This document shows positions 42,645 through 53,447 of a DNA stretch of 64,000 nucleotides, piece by piece. Location of the stretch: the NCBI GenBank assembly GCA_040290295.1, contig PSMW01000007.1, positions 11,283-75,282 on the forward strand. Direction: 5' to 3'. How positions within the stretch are numbered: position 1 is the first letter of the stretch; each line of letters starts with the position of its first letter. Made by a program: the position numbers and the translations under genes. The notes beneath the pieces were generated by a model. It searched no databases, was not told the DNA's origin, and was given only the letters and a program-made list of their open reading frames with translations. The stretch is from Ignavibacteria bacterium (lineage in GTDB: Bacteria; Bacteroidota; Ignavibacteria; UBA10030; UBA6906).

Positions 42645-44495
42645 TTGTCAACGCAACGAAGGGACGACATCCGTAATATCGCCATCATCGCTCATGTCGA
42701 TCACGGCAAGACGACGCTCGTGGATCACATGCTGCGACAAACGGGCACATTTCGCTCCAACCAACAGATGGTGACACGCGTGATGGATTCGAACGATTTG
42801 GAAAAAGAACGCGGCATCACCATCCTTGCCAAAAACACCGCCATCCACTACAAAGGCACGAAGATCAACATCGTGGATACGCCGGGGCATGCCGACTTCG
42901 GCGGTGAGGTGGAGCGAACGCTCACGATGGTGGACGGCGTGCTGTTGCTCGTCGATGCTGCTGAGGGTCCGTTGCCCGGAACGAAATTCGTTCTCAAGAA
43001 ATCGCTCGACCTCCACCTCAAACCCGTCGTCGTGATCAATAAGATCGATCGAAAAGACGCGCGCCCTCATGAAGTGCTGGATATGGTGTTCGAGTTGTTC
43101 CTTTCTCTCGGTGCAACGGACGAGCAGTTGGATTTTCCGACGGTGTATGCTGTCGCGAAACAGGGCATTGCCAAGCGCGAGTTGAACGATCCCAGCACAA
43201 CGTTGGAACCGCTCTTCGATGCCATTCTCCAGAGTGTGCCGCCGCCTCCCGGCGATACCGCCGCGCCCTTTCAGATGTTGGTGACAACGATCGATTACAA
43301 CGACTATCTCGGACGCCTCGGCATCGGTCGCATTCATCGCGGAACGATCCGCTTCGGCTCGCCAATGAACGTGATTCACCGCGACGGAACGATGGAGGAC
43401 GCGCGCGTCACAACGATTTACACCTTCGACGGCCTCAAGCGAATCGAAGTGCACGAAGCCCGTGCCGGCGACATCATCGCTCTGGCAGGGATGGAAGATG
43501 TGGATATCGGCGAAACGATCGCGGATGCCTCCGACCCGACGCCGCTGCCGTTTGTCGCCATCGAAGAACCGACACTCTCGATGAACTTCATCGTCAACAA
43601 CTCGCCCTTTGCCGGTCAGGAGGGCAAGTACGTTACTACACGCAATCTTGTTGAGCGACTGACACGCGAGTTGCGGTCGAACGTCAGCCTGCGCGTCGAG
43701 CTGACCGACTCCCCCGACGTGTTGAAGGTGAGCGGCCGTGGTGAATTGCACCTTGCTATTCTCATCGAAAACATGCGGCGCGAGGGATACGAACTGCAGG
43801 TCTCACGCCCCGAGGTCATTTTCAAGCGCATCGACGATGTCTTGGCAGAGCCGATCGAGCATGTGATTGTCGATGTTCCGGAAGAATTCGTCGGCGTCGT
43901 GATCGAGAATGTCGGGCGACGCAAAGGAGAAATGAAGAACATGATCGCCAGCAACGGCAATGTTCGTTTAGAGTTCTATGCTCCAGCACGCGGTATGATC
44001 GGTTTTCGCGGCGAGTTCATGACGCAAACGAAAGGGACAGGTGTGCTGCACCACAATTTTGCCAGCTACGAGCCGTACAAGGGAGAAATGGCGCATCGGA
44101 CGAAAGGAGCTTTGGTGGCGATGAAAACGGGTGAAGCGACTGCCTACGCGATGTGGAAGCTTGCCGAACGGGCAACGTTTTTTATCGAACCGGGCTCGCG
44201 CGTGTACGCGGGCATGGTTGTGGGCGAGAACGCCCGCGAGCAAGATATGATCGTGAATGTGTGCAAGACGAAGCAACTCACCAACATGCGCGCATCGGGT
44301 GCGGACGAAGCGATTCGCCTCGAGCCGCCGCGCCTGTTGACGCTCGAACAAGCAATAGAATGGATCGGCGACGACGAGTACGTGGAGGTGACACCACAGA
44401 GCATCCGCATCAGAAAACGGTATCTCGACGCGAACGAGCGCAATCGCATGTCCAAAAAGAAGGCAGAGGCACTCGTAGCAGACGAAGAGCGGTGA
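42645..44495 (+). CDS. typA: Translational GTPase TypA/BipA
   Basis: [30 protein letters not shown] and NKIDR G motifs. 616 aa. Apparent TTG start. Confidence 0.9.
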   Translation: MSTQRRDDIRNIAIIAHVDHGKTTLVDHMLRQTGTFRSNQQMVTRVMDSNDLEKERGITILAKNTAIHYKGTKINIVDTPGHADFGGEVERTLTMVDGVLLLVDAAEGPLPGTKFVLKKSLDLHLKPVVVINKIDRKDARPHEVLDMVFELFLSLGATDEQLDFPTVYAVAKQGIAKRELNDPSTTLEPLFDAILQSVPPPPGDTAAPFQMLVTTIDYNDYLGRLGIGRIHRGTIRFGSPMNVIHRDGTMEDARVTTIYTFDGLKRIEVHEARAGDIIALAGMEDVDIGETIADASDPTPLPFVAIEEPTLSMNFIVNNSPFAGQEGKYVTTRNLVERLTRELRSNVSLRVELTDSPDVLKVSGRGELHLAILIENMRREGYELQVSRPEVIFKRIDDVLAEPIEHVIVDVPEEFVGVVIENVGRRKGEMKNMIASNGNVRLEFYAPARGMIGFRGEFMTQTKGTGVLHHNFASYEPYKGEMAHRTKGALVAMKTGEATAYAMWKLAERATFFIEPGSRVYAGMVVGENAREQDMIVNVCKTKQLTNMRASGADEAIRLEPPRLLTLEQAIEWIGDDEYVEVTPQSIRIRKRYLDANERNRMSKKKAEALVADEER

Positions 44496-44505
44496 GAACA
44501 GCAGC

Positions 44506-46698
44506 ATGCCCTCCCGGTCCTCTACAGAACGCATTCATCATCTTGTAGGAGACTTCACGACAGTGGCTTCAAAACGTATCAGCGATAAGCAGATCGACGC
44601 AGCGATCCAGACACTGCAAGAACTAGCGTACAACCTTTGGTGGTCGTGGAATCCATCCGCGCAGCAGATCTTTCAAGAACTCTCTCCTTTCTTTTGGGAA
44701 CACTCGAACCACAATCCGGTCGAAGTGATGCACTGGGTGTCCGGGTACGAATTGCGAGGACGCCTTCAGGATCCGGCTCTTTTCGAGCACGTCAGCGATG
44801 TGTGCAAGCGCTTTCGAAGCTACATGACACAGAAACGCACGTGGGCGGCGAAGCATGCCCCGTCGCTGAAGAAGGCTCCGGTTGCGTACTTCAGCGCGGA
44901 GTTCGGACTGCATGAAAGCCTGCGCATCTATTCCGGCGGTCTCGGCATTCTCTCGGGCGATCATGCCAAGAGCGCAAGCGATCTGGGCTTACCCTTTGTC
45001 GGCGTCAGCTTGTTCTACCGGCAGGGATATTTCAATCAACAAATCTCTGCCGACGGTTGGCAGCAGGAACTCTATCCAACTTACGATCCTTTGAAGCTCC
45101 CCTTGACGCTCGTTCGCGATAAGAAGGGCAATCCGGTTATTTGTGAAGTACAGATCGGTTCGGCGATCGTTGCCTTTCGTGCTTGGGTGGTGAACGTTGG
45201 GCGTGTCAAGGTGTATTTATTGGACACGAACCTTCCGCAGAACGACGACCGTTCACGCGAGATCACTGCACACGTCTATGGCGGCGATCAGACGACGCGC
45301 ATCTCGCAGGAGATCGTCTTAGGTATTGGGGGTGTGCGATTGCTGCGCGCACTCGGCATCATGCCCTCCGTCTTTCACATGAACGAAGGGCACTCAGCAT
45401 TTCTCACGCTCGAGTTGTTGCGCGAACAACTTGTCGCCGGCAAGCCGTTGGACAAAGCGGAAGCATTCGTGAGGCAGCACTGCGTCTTTACGACGCACAC
45501 GCCGGTGCCTGCCGGGCACGACCGCTTCACGCGCGACTTGATGGCTGGTGCGCTGCAGAAGTTCACCGACTCGTTGGGCTTGTCGTTGGACCAGGTGATG
45601 GGCTACGGTCGCATTCGTCCGCAGGATATCAACGAAACGTTCTGCATGACCGTGCTCGCGCTGAAACTGTCGCGTGCTGCCAACGGCGTGAGCCACTTGC
45701 ACGGCAAGACGAGTGTCGAGATGTGGAAGGAACTGTTCAAAGATTGGCAGAAGAAGGACGACCCCATCGGAGCAATCACCAACGGCGTGCACATCAATGG
45801 TTGGGCTTCGCCGACTGCCTCGCAGTGGTGGAGCAGACAGTTGGGCGAACGATGGCACGAACACATTTGCGACGGCGCGTATTGGAAGAAAGTCGTGGAT
45901 CCGAAGAAGATCAGCGATCAGGATCTGTGGGCGCTCCGGACGACGCTTCGCCGCGAACTGGTGGAATTTGCGCGCAAGCGACTTCGCGAGCAGCATCTCC
46001 GCCACGGCGGTGACGGTTTCGGCGTGTACGACAGCATCCTCTCGCCCGAAGTTCTCACCATTGGCTTTGCGCGACGCTTCGCAACATACAAGCGGGCCCC
46101 TCTGTTCTTCCGCGATCTCGAGTGGGCCATTCGCATCCTCAACAATAGGGAACGCCCGGTGCAAATCATTTTTGCAGGCAAAGCACATCCGCGCGATGAT
46201 GCGGGCAAGCACTTCATCCAAGAAATCATCCACGTGACCAAGCGGCTCGATCTGTTCGGCAAGGTCGTCTTCATCGAAGATTACGACATCAACGTTGCTC
46301 GCTATCTTGTCTCCGGTGCCGATGTATGGCTCAACACCCCACGGCGGCCCATGGAGGCATGCGGAACGAGCGGACAAAAAGTGATTCTCCACGGCGGAGT
46401 CAACGTGAGCACGATGGATGGATGGTGGCGAGAAGCCTTCGACGGCAAAAACGGATGGAAGATCGGCGAAGATGCCACCGCACCGACCGAACACGAACAG
46501 GATGATAAGGATGCTGCGGCACTCCGCGACGTTCTGGAAAAGGAAGTGATCCCGTTGTTCTACGATCGAGGGAAGGACGGCATCCCGCACGCATGGCTCA
46601 AACGTGTGCGCCACTCGATGGCAACGCTTATCCCGCAATACAACACCGACCGCATGGTGATCGAGTACACGAAGAAGTATTATCTCCCGCACGTCTAA
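44506..46698 (+). CDS. glgP: Alpha-glucan phosphorylase (GT35, short maltodextrin/glycogen phosphorylase type)
   Basis: DUF3417-type N-terminus (WWSWNPSAQQIF…) and the GT35 core including the PLP-lysine region (…GKAHPRDD…). Confidence 0.85.
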   Translation: MPSRSSTERIHHLVGDFTTVASKRISDKQIDAAIQTLQELAYNLWWSWNPSAQQIFQELSPFFWEHSNHNPVEVMHWVSGYELRGRLQDPALFEHVSDVCKRFRSYMTQKRTWAAKHAPSLKKAPVAYFSAEFGLHESLRIYSGGLGILSGDHAKSASDLGLPFVGVSLFYRQGYFNQQISADGWQQELYPTYDPLKLPLTLVRDKKGNPVICEVQIGSAIVAFRAWVVNVGRVKVYLLDTNLPQNDDRSREITAHVYGGDQTTRISQEIVLGIGGVRLLRALGIMPSVFHMNEGHSAFLTLELLREQLVAGKPLDKAEAFVRQHCVFTTHTPVPAGHDRFTRDLMAGALQKFTDSLGLSLDQVMGYGRIRPQDINETFCMTVLALKLSRAANGVSHLHGKTSVEMWKELFKDWQKKDDPIGAITNGVHINGWASPTASQWWSRQLGERWHEHICDGAYWKKVVDPKKISDQDLWALRTTLRRELVEFARKRLREQHLRHGGDGFGVYDSILSPEVLTIGFARRFATYKRAPLFFRDLEWAIRILNNRERPVQIIFAGKAHPRDDAGKHFIQEIIHVTKRLDLFGKVVFIEDYDINVARYLVSGADVWLNTPRRPMEACGTSGQKVILHGGVNVSTMDGWWREAFDGKNGWKIGEDATAPTEHEQDDKDAAALRDVLEKEVIPLFYDRGKDGIPHAWLKRVRHSMATLIPQYNTDRMVIEYTKKYYLPHV

Positions 46699-46717
46699 TC
46701 GTTCATTCAGCATGACA

Positions 46718-46749
46718 AAGCCCGCTGTGGATTGCTCCCCAGCGGGCTT
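46718..46749. terminator. Hairpin between convergent glgP (+) and the KA-rich protein gene (-)
   Basis: Perfect 10-bp stem AAGCCCGCTG … CAGCGGGCTT. The flanking T/A tracts are weak. Confidence 0.45.
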
Positions 46750-46772
46750 GTGCCTTTCGAATCGCCGTGTGG

Positions 46773-47102
46773 TTACTTCTTTCCCGCTTCCTTCTTCTCT
46801 TCGGCGGGCTTTTCGGTCGCCTTCTTCATTGCCGCCTTCTTTGCTTCGACTTTCTTCTTAGCCTCGGCGCCCTTAGCAGCTTTCTCACTCTTCTTGTGCA
46901 CCGCTGCCTTGGCATGTTCAGCCTTCTCGGTTGCTTGCTGCTCCACCGCAGGCTTTGCTTCTTCGGCTTTCTTTTCTGCATGCTGTTTCACTTCCGCGGC
47001 TTTCGCCTTTGCCTCGGTTTTGGGCGCTTCGACCTTCGGTGCTTGCTGCGCAAACACACTCCCGGCAAACAACACAGCGACCAGGACCACGAGATTCTTC
47101 AT
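46773..47102 (-). CDS. Small secreted Lys/Ala/Glu-rich protein (signal peptide plus KAE-rich low-complexity region)
   Basis: GAGGAG RBS on the minus strand. Signal MKNLVVLVAVLFAGSVFAQQ, then AEKKAEEAKPA…-type repeats. The long plus-strand ORFs here are mirror artefacts of the repeat. Confidence 0.5.
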   Translation of the reverse strand: MKNLVVLVAVLFAGSVFAQQAPKVEAPKTEAKAKAAEVKQHAEKKAEEAKPAVEQQATEKAEHAKAAVHKKSEKAAKGAEAKKKVEAKKAAMKKATEKPAEEKKEAGKK

Positions 47103-47401
47103 ACAAATTACTCCTCGATATTCAACATACTCTGTTGCGGCGACAGGAAACGACTTTTATTGCATCCTATTCGACCGTGCTCGGTTTGAGCTGTTATAAT
47201 TTACGACTGTACGGTTAACGCCATCTTAAATCATCGTGAAAGTCTCTTAAGCCAGAGCTGTATCATCCAGTCTGCAATGGTGACAGCATTGCTTCGCAAA
47301 CTTGTCGAAGCTTGCATTGCATTAAGTTGTTGGAAGTTTCTTGGGAAAAGAGAGAAGTGTTCGTGGGGAGATGGGCATGAAGGGCGCCACGTGGGGATGG
47401 A

Positions 47402-48883
47402 TTAGTTTAGCGGCAGATGAACCGTGAAGGTGCTGCCTTTGTTCACCTCGCTCCGCACCGTAATGGAACCGCGATGGGATTGCGCGATCCACTTGGCAAT
47501 GGACAGCCCAAGCCCTGTGCCGCCCAGTTCTCGCGAGCGAGCTTTGTCGACGCGATAGAAACGGTCGAAGATCTTCTCGATGTCGTGCGCTGGAATTCCG
47601 ATGCCGGTGTCCTCTACATGAACGAGCGCGACGCCGTTCAGTCGTTCGAGAGAGAGGGTGACGCGGCCCCCCTGAGGTGTGTACTTGATTGCGTTATCGA
47701 TGATGTTCAAGAACAATTGCCTCAGTCTTCCCTTGTCGCCCACCACGGTAGCAGGATCGGCCTTGGCAAGCTCGACGTTGATGTGTTTTGCTTCGGCGAG
47801 AATCTCGCTGTCGGCATACAACTCTTTGATGAGCGCGTCGAGCTGCACTTCTTCCAGATGGAGATCCAGCACGCCTTGGTCGGCTTTGCTGAGCGTGAGA
47901 AGATTTTCGATGATAGACTTGAGGCGGAGAATCTCTTCGAGTGTGCTGGAGAGGATGTGACGGTATTGTTCGGGTGTCTTCTCGGTGCGGAGCGCAAGCT
48001 CGATTTCGCCGCGCATGATGGTTAATGGTGTGCGCAACTCATGCGAAGCATCGGCGGTAAATTGGCGCAAGAGGGCAAACGAACCGTGCAATCGCCGTAT
48101 CATGTCGTTCATTGTGTTGATGAGGCGGCCGATTTCGTCGTCCACCGCACGCGGAGGGATCGATTGGTCGAGGTTCTCTGCCGTGATTTTGCGTGCCCGC
48201 TGCGTGACGTCGTCCACCGGCGCCAATGCCTTGTGTGCCAAATACAAGCCACCGAGAATCGAGACGCCGACGGAAACGGGGATGAGGTAGAGGAAGATCG
48301 AAAAGAGATTCTCGAGCACATCGTCCAACTCGTTCAGCGAGTAGGCAACGAGGATCGTGAAGTTCCGATCCTTCAGCATCGCCATTCGAAGGCGTTCGGT
48401 GCCAAGGGTGGTGGTGGTGACAACGATCGAATCGAGAGGCAGATCGTCTGGCGTGGCAAGCGTGTCCAGCCCCAAGCTGTAGTTGCGGTAGATGACGATC
48501 CCCTTTTTGTCCTCGACTTGGATGAAGGTCTTCTTCTGACTGACAAGCGAGTGTTTGAAAATGTGGTTCCAGATCTCGTCGGCTTCTTCGGCTTCGGGAG
48601 AATCGGGCGGGAGAGGCCCGATGAAACGTTGGGGGAGGGTCGTGGACTTCTTCCTCAACAGGGCATCGATCGACTGCTTGCTCGGCTTGACCTTGCTCGC
48701 CTGCGGCGATATGAAATCCTTTACCCACCGCACTTCACTCCGGAGCGAGAGGTCTAGGTTGCCCGAAAGCTGATTGCGCGTGTAATAATAAGCCGCCACC
48801 CCAAAGCCGACGAGCGTCAACAGCACGAGCAGGGTGTACCAAACGGTGAGTTTGGTGCGTATGGACTGATACCAAAAAGCCAC
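47402..48883 (-). CDS. Sensor histidine kinase (two TM segments, HAMP, HisKA, HATPase_c)
   Basis: H-box SHELRTPLT, N-box NLLDNAIKYT and G-boxes DTGIGI / GGTGLGLSI. Confidence 0.85.
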   Translation of the reverse strand: MAFWYQSIRTKLTVWYTLLVLLTLVGFGVAAYYYTRNQLSGNLDLSLRSEVRWVKDFISPQASKVKPSKQSIDALLRKKSTTLPQRFIGPLPPDSPEAEEADEIWNHIFKHSLVSQKKTFIQVEDKKGIVIYRNYSLGLDTLATPDDLPLDSIVVTTTTLGTERLRMAMLKDRNFTILVAYSLNELDDVLENLFSIFLYLIPVSVGVSILGGLYLAHKALAPVDDVTQRARKITAENLDQSIPPRAVDDEIGRLINTMNDMIRRLHGSFALLRQFTADASHELRTPLTIMRGEIELALRTEKTPEQYRHILSSTLEEILRLKSIIENLLTLSKADQGVLDLHLEEVQLDALIKELYADSEILAEAKHINVELAKADPATVVGDKGRLRQLFLNIIDNAIKYTPQGGRVTLSLERLNGVALVHVEDTGIGIPAHDIEKIFDRFYRVDKARSRELGGTGLGLSIAKWIAQSHRGSITVRSEVNKGSTFTVHLPLN

Positions 48884-48885
48884 GG

Positions 48886-49557
48886 TTAGTTTTCTCGCAT
48901 CACATAGCCGACACCGCGCACGGTGTGAATCAATTTCGGCTCGAACCCTTCGTCGATTTTATTGCGGAGATGGTTCACGTACACGTCGATAATGTTCGTG
49001 CCCGTGTCGAAGTTGTAATCCCAAATATGTTCCGAGATGATGGTTCGGCTCAGCACGCGTCCTTTGTTGCGCATGAGGTATTCCAGCAATGCGTACTCCT
49101 TTGCCGTCAAGTCGATGGTCTTGCCGCCTCGCTTGGCTTTATGCTTGACGGTGTCGAGTTCAAGATCGGCAACGCGCAGGATGATGGATTTCTCTTGCGC
49201 GCCGCGCCGCAGGAGGGATCGCACGCGAGCAAGCAATTCTTCGAACGCGAACGGCTTGGTCAAGTAATCATCGGCGCCGCTGTCGAGTCCTGACACTTTA
49301 TCTTCGGTGGTGGACTTTGCCGTCAGCATCAGTGTTGGGGTTGTTTTCTGTTGTGCTCGTACCGATTTGATCAGCTCCAAACCATTCATCTTCGGCAGCA
49401 TGACGTCGAGGATGAGAAGGTCGTAGTTCTCGTTCAACGCCATCTGCAGTCCTTTTTCTCCATCGTACGCGATGTCTACCGCGTAGTGTTCCTCTTCCAG
49501 CCCATGTTGAATGAAGCGGGCAACTTTCTTTTCATCTTCGACCAGCAGGATACGCAT
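48886..49557 (-). CDS. OmpR-family response regulator
   Basis: REC domain (MRILLVEDE … DLLILDVMLP … LTAK) plus a winged-helix output domain. Ends 3 nt before the kinase start. Confidence 0.85.
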   Translation of the reverse strand: MRILLVEDEKKVARFIQHGLEEEHYAVDIAYDGEKGLQMALNENYDLLILDVMLPKMNGLELIKSVRAQQKTTPTLMLTAKSTTEDKVSGLDSGADDYLTKPFAFEELLARVRSLLRRGAQEKSIILRVADLELDTVKHKAKRGGKTIDLTAKEYALLEYLMRNKGRVLSRTIISEHIWDYNFDTGTNIIDVYVNHLRNKIDEGFEPKLIHTVRGVGYVMREN

Positions 49558-49728
49558 AGGTTGTTGGTGATTGAACCAGGGATTCTCCGACACGATATCT
49601 CCTCACCTGTTTGATGACGGAAGAAAAGTAAATCAATTTCGGAAGAGTTGCAAAACGGCTTGCGTAGCACATCTTGGAATCTTTTCCTATATTACGATTA
49701 CGTCCGGTTCGTCTTCACCAGCAATGAT

Positions 49729-50586
49729 ATGATTACACGCATCTTCATCGCATTGGTCGTTGTCGTCTTCCCGGGTTGTATTCAAACTATCGCCGTTCGT
49801 TCCGTCGGCGGTATCGTGGAGGAGGGATACAACGCGCTCACGGAGGAATCCGACTTGCAGTTTGCCGGACAAGCTTTACCCGGCAACCTCAAACTCCTCG
49901 AAGTGATGCTCAAGAACGACCCCGACAACGAGCGCTTGCTCAGACTGTGTACCGAAGGCTATGCAAGCTACGCCTTAGGTTTTGTGGAAGACGAAGATGT
50001 GGAGCGTGCACGCGTGTTCTATTTGCGCGGCAGAGACTATGGACTTCGCTTGTTAGCACACGACAACGCGCTCAAGCAAGCACTTAAGGGGTCGGCAGAC
50101 GAACTGCGGGCAGTGCTCGCGAAGAAATCCAAGAACGATGTCCCTGCCGTCTTCTGGACAGCTTTTGCTTGGGGTGGCTATCTCAACATCACGCTCACCG
50201 ACCCGGACGCGATCGCCGCAGTCCCCAAGCTCGAAGCAATGATGGACTTCGTTGTGGAAAAGGATTCCGCCTTCTACTACGGAGGTGCCCATCTGTTTCT
50301 CGGCACGCTCTACGGTAGTCGATCAAGGTTGCTTGGCGGCGATCCGGACAAAGCACGCCGCCACTTCGAGGCAGCGCTCCGGTTGAACGGCGGAAAGTTC
50401 TTGATGACGCATGTGTACTACGCAAAGTCGTATGCGGTGCAAACGCTCGACGAGGCACTTTTCGATGAATTGTTGGCGTACGTCGAGAAGACACCGCTCG
50501 AGGTTCTGCCGGAGTTCCGGCTCGGCAACGCTATTGCGAAGAAGAAAGCCAAATTGCTCCTCGCACGGAAAGGCGAGTTGTTCTGA
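49729..50586 (+). CDS. tatT: TatT-like TPR lipoprotein (TRAP-transporter-associated T component)
   Basis: Lipobox VVFPGC, helical TPR-like body. Encoded immediately upstream of the TRAP binding-protein gene, as in TPAT systems. Confidence 0.65.
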   Translation: MITRIFIALVVVVFPGCIQTIAVRSVGGIVEEGYNALTEESDLQFAGQALPGNLKLLEVMLKNDPDNERLLRLCTEGYASYALGFVEDEDVERARVFYLRGRDYGLRLLAHDNALKQALKGSADELRAVLAKKSKNDVPAVFWTAFAWGGYLNITLTDPDAIAAVPKLEAMMDFVVEKDSAFYYGGAHLFLGTLYGSRSRLLGGDPDKARRHFEAALRLNGGKFLMTHVYYAKSYAVQTLDEALFDELLAYVEKTPLEVLPEFRLGNAIAKKKAKLLLARKGELF

Positions 50587-50605
50587 TCCCATTCACGACC
50601 CACCG

Positions 50606-51643
50606 ATGATCATGAAGAAACTTGTGAGCATTCTCGGCATGGCACTCGCCCTGATGACGGTGCGAGCGCATGCCCAACAGTATCTCATCAAATTTGCCTC
50701 TCTCGCCCCGGAAGGAAGCACGTGGATGAACGTGCTGAAGGAATACGACGCCGCGATCCGAAAAGAAAGCGGCGGGAAGTTGGGCTTCAAGATATACGCC
50801 GGAGGGGTGCAGGGAGAAGATCGCGATGTCATCCGCAAGATGCGGCTTGGCCAATTGCACAGCGCGGGACTCACCGGCTTCGGTTTGGGCGACATCGCAC
50901 CGAAGGTGCGCATCTTGGACTCGCCGTTTCTGTTCCAGAGCTACGAAGAGGTCGATCATATTTACGAGACCTTTCACGACGAGTTCGACAAGGCGTTTCG
51001 CGACAATGGCTACGTTTTACTCGGATGGACAGAAGTGGGATGGGTGTACGTTCTCACCAATACACCGGTCCGCACGCTCGCCGACATGAACGGCGTGAAA
51101 ATGTGGATGTGGGAAGGGGACAAGGTTGCCGAAGCTACCCTCAAAGCGCTGGGAATCAGTCCTATCCCGCTGTCGGTCATCGACGTGCTCACCTCACTCC
51201 AAACGGGCTTGATCAACGGAGCGTACACCTCGCCGTTGGCGGCGTTGGTGCTGCAATGGCACACCCGTGTGAAGTACATGATGAACTTGCCGCTTGCCGA
51301 CGCCTCGGGTGCCGTCGTCATGACGAAGAAGAAATTCGACGAGCTGCCTCCCGATCTTCAAGAGATCCTGCTGCGCAACGGGCGAAAGTACATGCGTGAA
51401 CTGACGCTGAAATCGCGGAAGGAAAACGCCGACGCGATCGAAACGATGAAGAGGTCAGGCATCCGGCTCGTCGAAGTCACATCGCAAGAGGCGATCCAGC
51501 AGTACATTGCAGCGGGCAAATGGGCACGGCGATCGCTTGTCGGCACGTTGTACGATCAGGAGTTCCTCGACCGCGTCGAGAAAGCCCTGCAGGATTTCCG
51601 CACAGCGCGCAGCGCAGCGAACAAATCGGGAACCAGCAAATGA
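50606..51643 (+). CDS. TRAP transporter substrate-binding protein (DctP family)
   Basis: Signal peptide and a DctP-family fold (…YLIKFASLAPEGSTW … conserved Arg region). Confidence 0.8.
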   Translation: MIMKKLVSILGMALALMTVRAHAQQYLIKFASLAPEGSTWMNVLKEYDAAIRKESGGKLGFKIYAGGVQGEDRDVIRKMRLGQLHSAGLTGFGLGDIAPKVRILDSPFLFQSYEEVDHIYETFHDEFDKAFRDNGYVLLGWTEVGWVYVLTNTPVRTLADMNGVKMWMWEGDKVAEATLKALGISPIPLSVIDVLTSLQTGLINGAYTSPLAALVLQWHTRVKYMMNLPLADASGAVVMTKKKFDELPPDLQEILLRNGRKYMRELTLKSRKENADAIETMKRSGIRLVEVTSQEAIQQYIAAGKWARRSLVGTLYDQEFLDRVEKALQDFRTARSAANKSGTSK

Positions 51644-52143
51644 AGCTGCTGCGATCGCTCGACCGCGTGTTGGTCAAGATCGAAACGGCGCTGCTGGTCG
51701 TCTTCCTGTCGGTGATGATCCTCTTGGCGTTCTCGCAGGTGGTGTTGCGCAACGTCTTCGGGATCGGCTTCCTGTGGGCTGATCCGCTGGTTCGTCATCT
51801 CGTGCTCTGGGTTGGATTCTTCGGGGCGGCGGTTGCCACGCACGAGGAACGACACATCGGTATCGATGCTCTCACGAGGTTCTTCTCACCACGCATCAAA
51901 TCCGCAGCGCACATGCTCACCTCGCTCTTCGCTATCGTTGTCTGCCTTTTTCTCGCCGATGCGGCGCTGGTGTTCCTGCGCGACGAGCAAGCCTCCGGCA
52001 GCGACTTCATGGCGAACGTGCCAACGTGGATCGCGCTCCTTGTTATCCCGACGGGCTACGTGCTGATGGCATTCCATTTCTTGGTGAAAAGTATCGAACA
52101 CGTGCTGCGTCTTGCGGGGAAAGGAGAGGGTGCCTCGTCATGA
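51640..52143 (+). CDS. TRAP transporter small permease (DctQ family)
   Basis: About 168-aa four-TM protein. ATGA overlap with the upstream gene. Confidence 0.75.
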   Translation: MKLLRSLDRVLVKIETALLVVFLSVMILLAFSQVVLRNVFGIGFLWADPLVRHLVLWVGFFGAAVATHEERHIGIDALTRFFSPRIKSAAHMLTSLFAIVVCLFLADAALVFLRDEQASGSDFMANVPTWIALLVIPTGYVLMAFHFLVKSIEHVLRLAGKGEGASS

Positions 52144-53420
52144 GCATGCTGTTGATCGGATTACTCCTGTTGCTCTTGATGTTGCTCGGAGCGCCGCTCT
52201 TTGCCGTCATCGGCGCGGTGGCGATGGTGAGCTTTGCTGCCGAGGGCATCGAATCCTCGGCGGTGATGGTGGAGTTGTATCGCATCGGTAGCAATCCCAC
52301 GCTTGTTGCCATTCCCCTTTTCACGTTTGCAGGCTACGTTCTGGCCGAGAGCAAAACGCCACAGCGCTTGGTCAATCTTGCACGCGCGTTCTTCGGTTCG
52401 TTCAGCGGTGGCCTCGCTGTGGTGGCGCTCGTGACGTGCGCGATCTTCACCGCGTTCACGGGGGCGTCGGGCGTCACCATCGTGGCGTTGGGGGGACTGC
52501 TGTTTCCCATCTTGTTGAAGGAACAGTACCCCGAAAAGTTTTCGCTCGGACTCATCACCACCTCAGGCAGTTTGGGTTTGCTCTTTCCGCCAAGCCTCCC
52601 GTTGATTCTGTACTCCGTGACATCGAAGCTGAGCATCGACCAACTGTTTGCCGCCGGCTTGATACCGGGACTTCTGCTCGTCGTGATCTTGTCGGCGTAC
52701 GGTGTGCGGCAAGGAAAAAAGGCGCGCGTGCCGAAGACGCTCTTCGCATGGGCGAACGTCATCTCGGCTGTGCGCGACGCTGCGTGGGAAATCCCCTTGC
52801 CGTTCATCGTCATCGGCGGCATCTACAGCGGCACGTTCACCGCCACCGAAGCTGCCGCGGTGACGGCGTTCTATGTGTTCGTGGTGGAGGTGTTTATCTA
52901 CAAAGACCTTCATCCTACGCGCGATATTCCCCGCGTGATGCGCGAGAGTATGGTGCTCGTCGGCGCCATTCTGATGATCATCGGGACGGCGATGGGATTG
53001 ACGAATTACCTCGTGGACAACGAGGTGCCGGTGAAATTGTTCGAGCTGACCAAACAGTTCATCGGCAGTCCGGTGATGTTTCTGATCGTGCTCAATGTGT
53101 TTCTGATTCTGGTGGGGATGATGATGGACATTTTCTCCGCCATCATCGTCGTCGTTCCGCTCATCATGCCGATTGCGCGTGCCTACGGGGTCGATCCGAT
53201 CCACTTGGGCATCATCTTTCTGACGAATCTTGAAATCGGTTATCTGACGCCTCCCGTCGGATTGAACTTGTTCATTTCCGGCATCCGTTTTCAAAAACCC
53301 ATCCTCACGATCGTCCGTGCGGTGCTGCCCTACATCGGGATGCTGATCATCGCGCTGTTGATCATCACGTACGTTCCCGAGCTGAGCTTGTGGCTTGTAC
53401 ACGCGCTGGGCGTGAAGTAA
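52140..53420 (+). CDS. TRAP transporter large permease (DctM family)
   Basis: About 426-aa polytopic DctM-like protein. ATGA overlap with dctQ. Confidence 0.85.
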   Translation: MSMLLIGLLLLLLMLLGAPLFAVIGAVAMVSFAAEGIESSAVMVELYRIGSNPTLVAIPLFTFAGYVLAESKTPQRLVNLARAFFGSFSGGLAVVALVTCAIFTAFTGASGVTIVALGGLLFPILLKEQYPEKFSLGLITTSGSLGLLFPPSLPLILYSVTSKLSIDQLFAAGLIPGLLLVVILSAYGVRQGKKARVPKTLFAWANVISAVRDAAWEIPLPFIVIGGIYSGTFTATEAAAVTAFYVFVVEVFIYKDLHPTRDIPRVMRESMVLVGAILMIIGTAMGLTNYLVDNEVPVKLFELTKQFIGSPVMFLIVLNVFLILVGMMMDIFSAIIVVVPLIMPIARAYGVDPIHLGIIFLTNLEIGYLTPPVGLNLFISGIRFQKPILTIVRAVLPYIGMLIIALLIITYVPELSLWLVHALGVK

Positions 53421-53447
53421 TCCCACGTGCGCGCAGAGTGGAGCGCC

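Noticed and set aside
46732-47199. Two plus-strand ORFs (155 and 140 aa) rich in Ala/Phe/Ser/Leu/Cys, overlapping the KA-rich gene.
   Set aside because: They are mirror-frame artefacts of the GC-rich Lys/Ala codon repeat. The minus-strand product has a signal peptide and an RBS; the plus-strand ones have neither.
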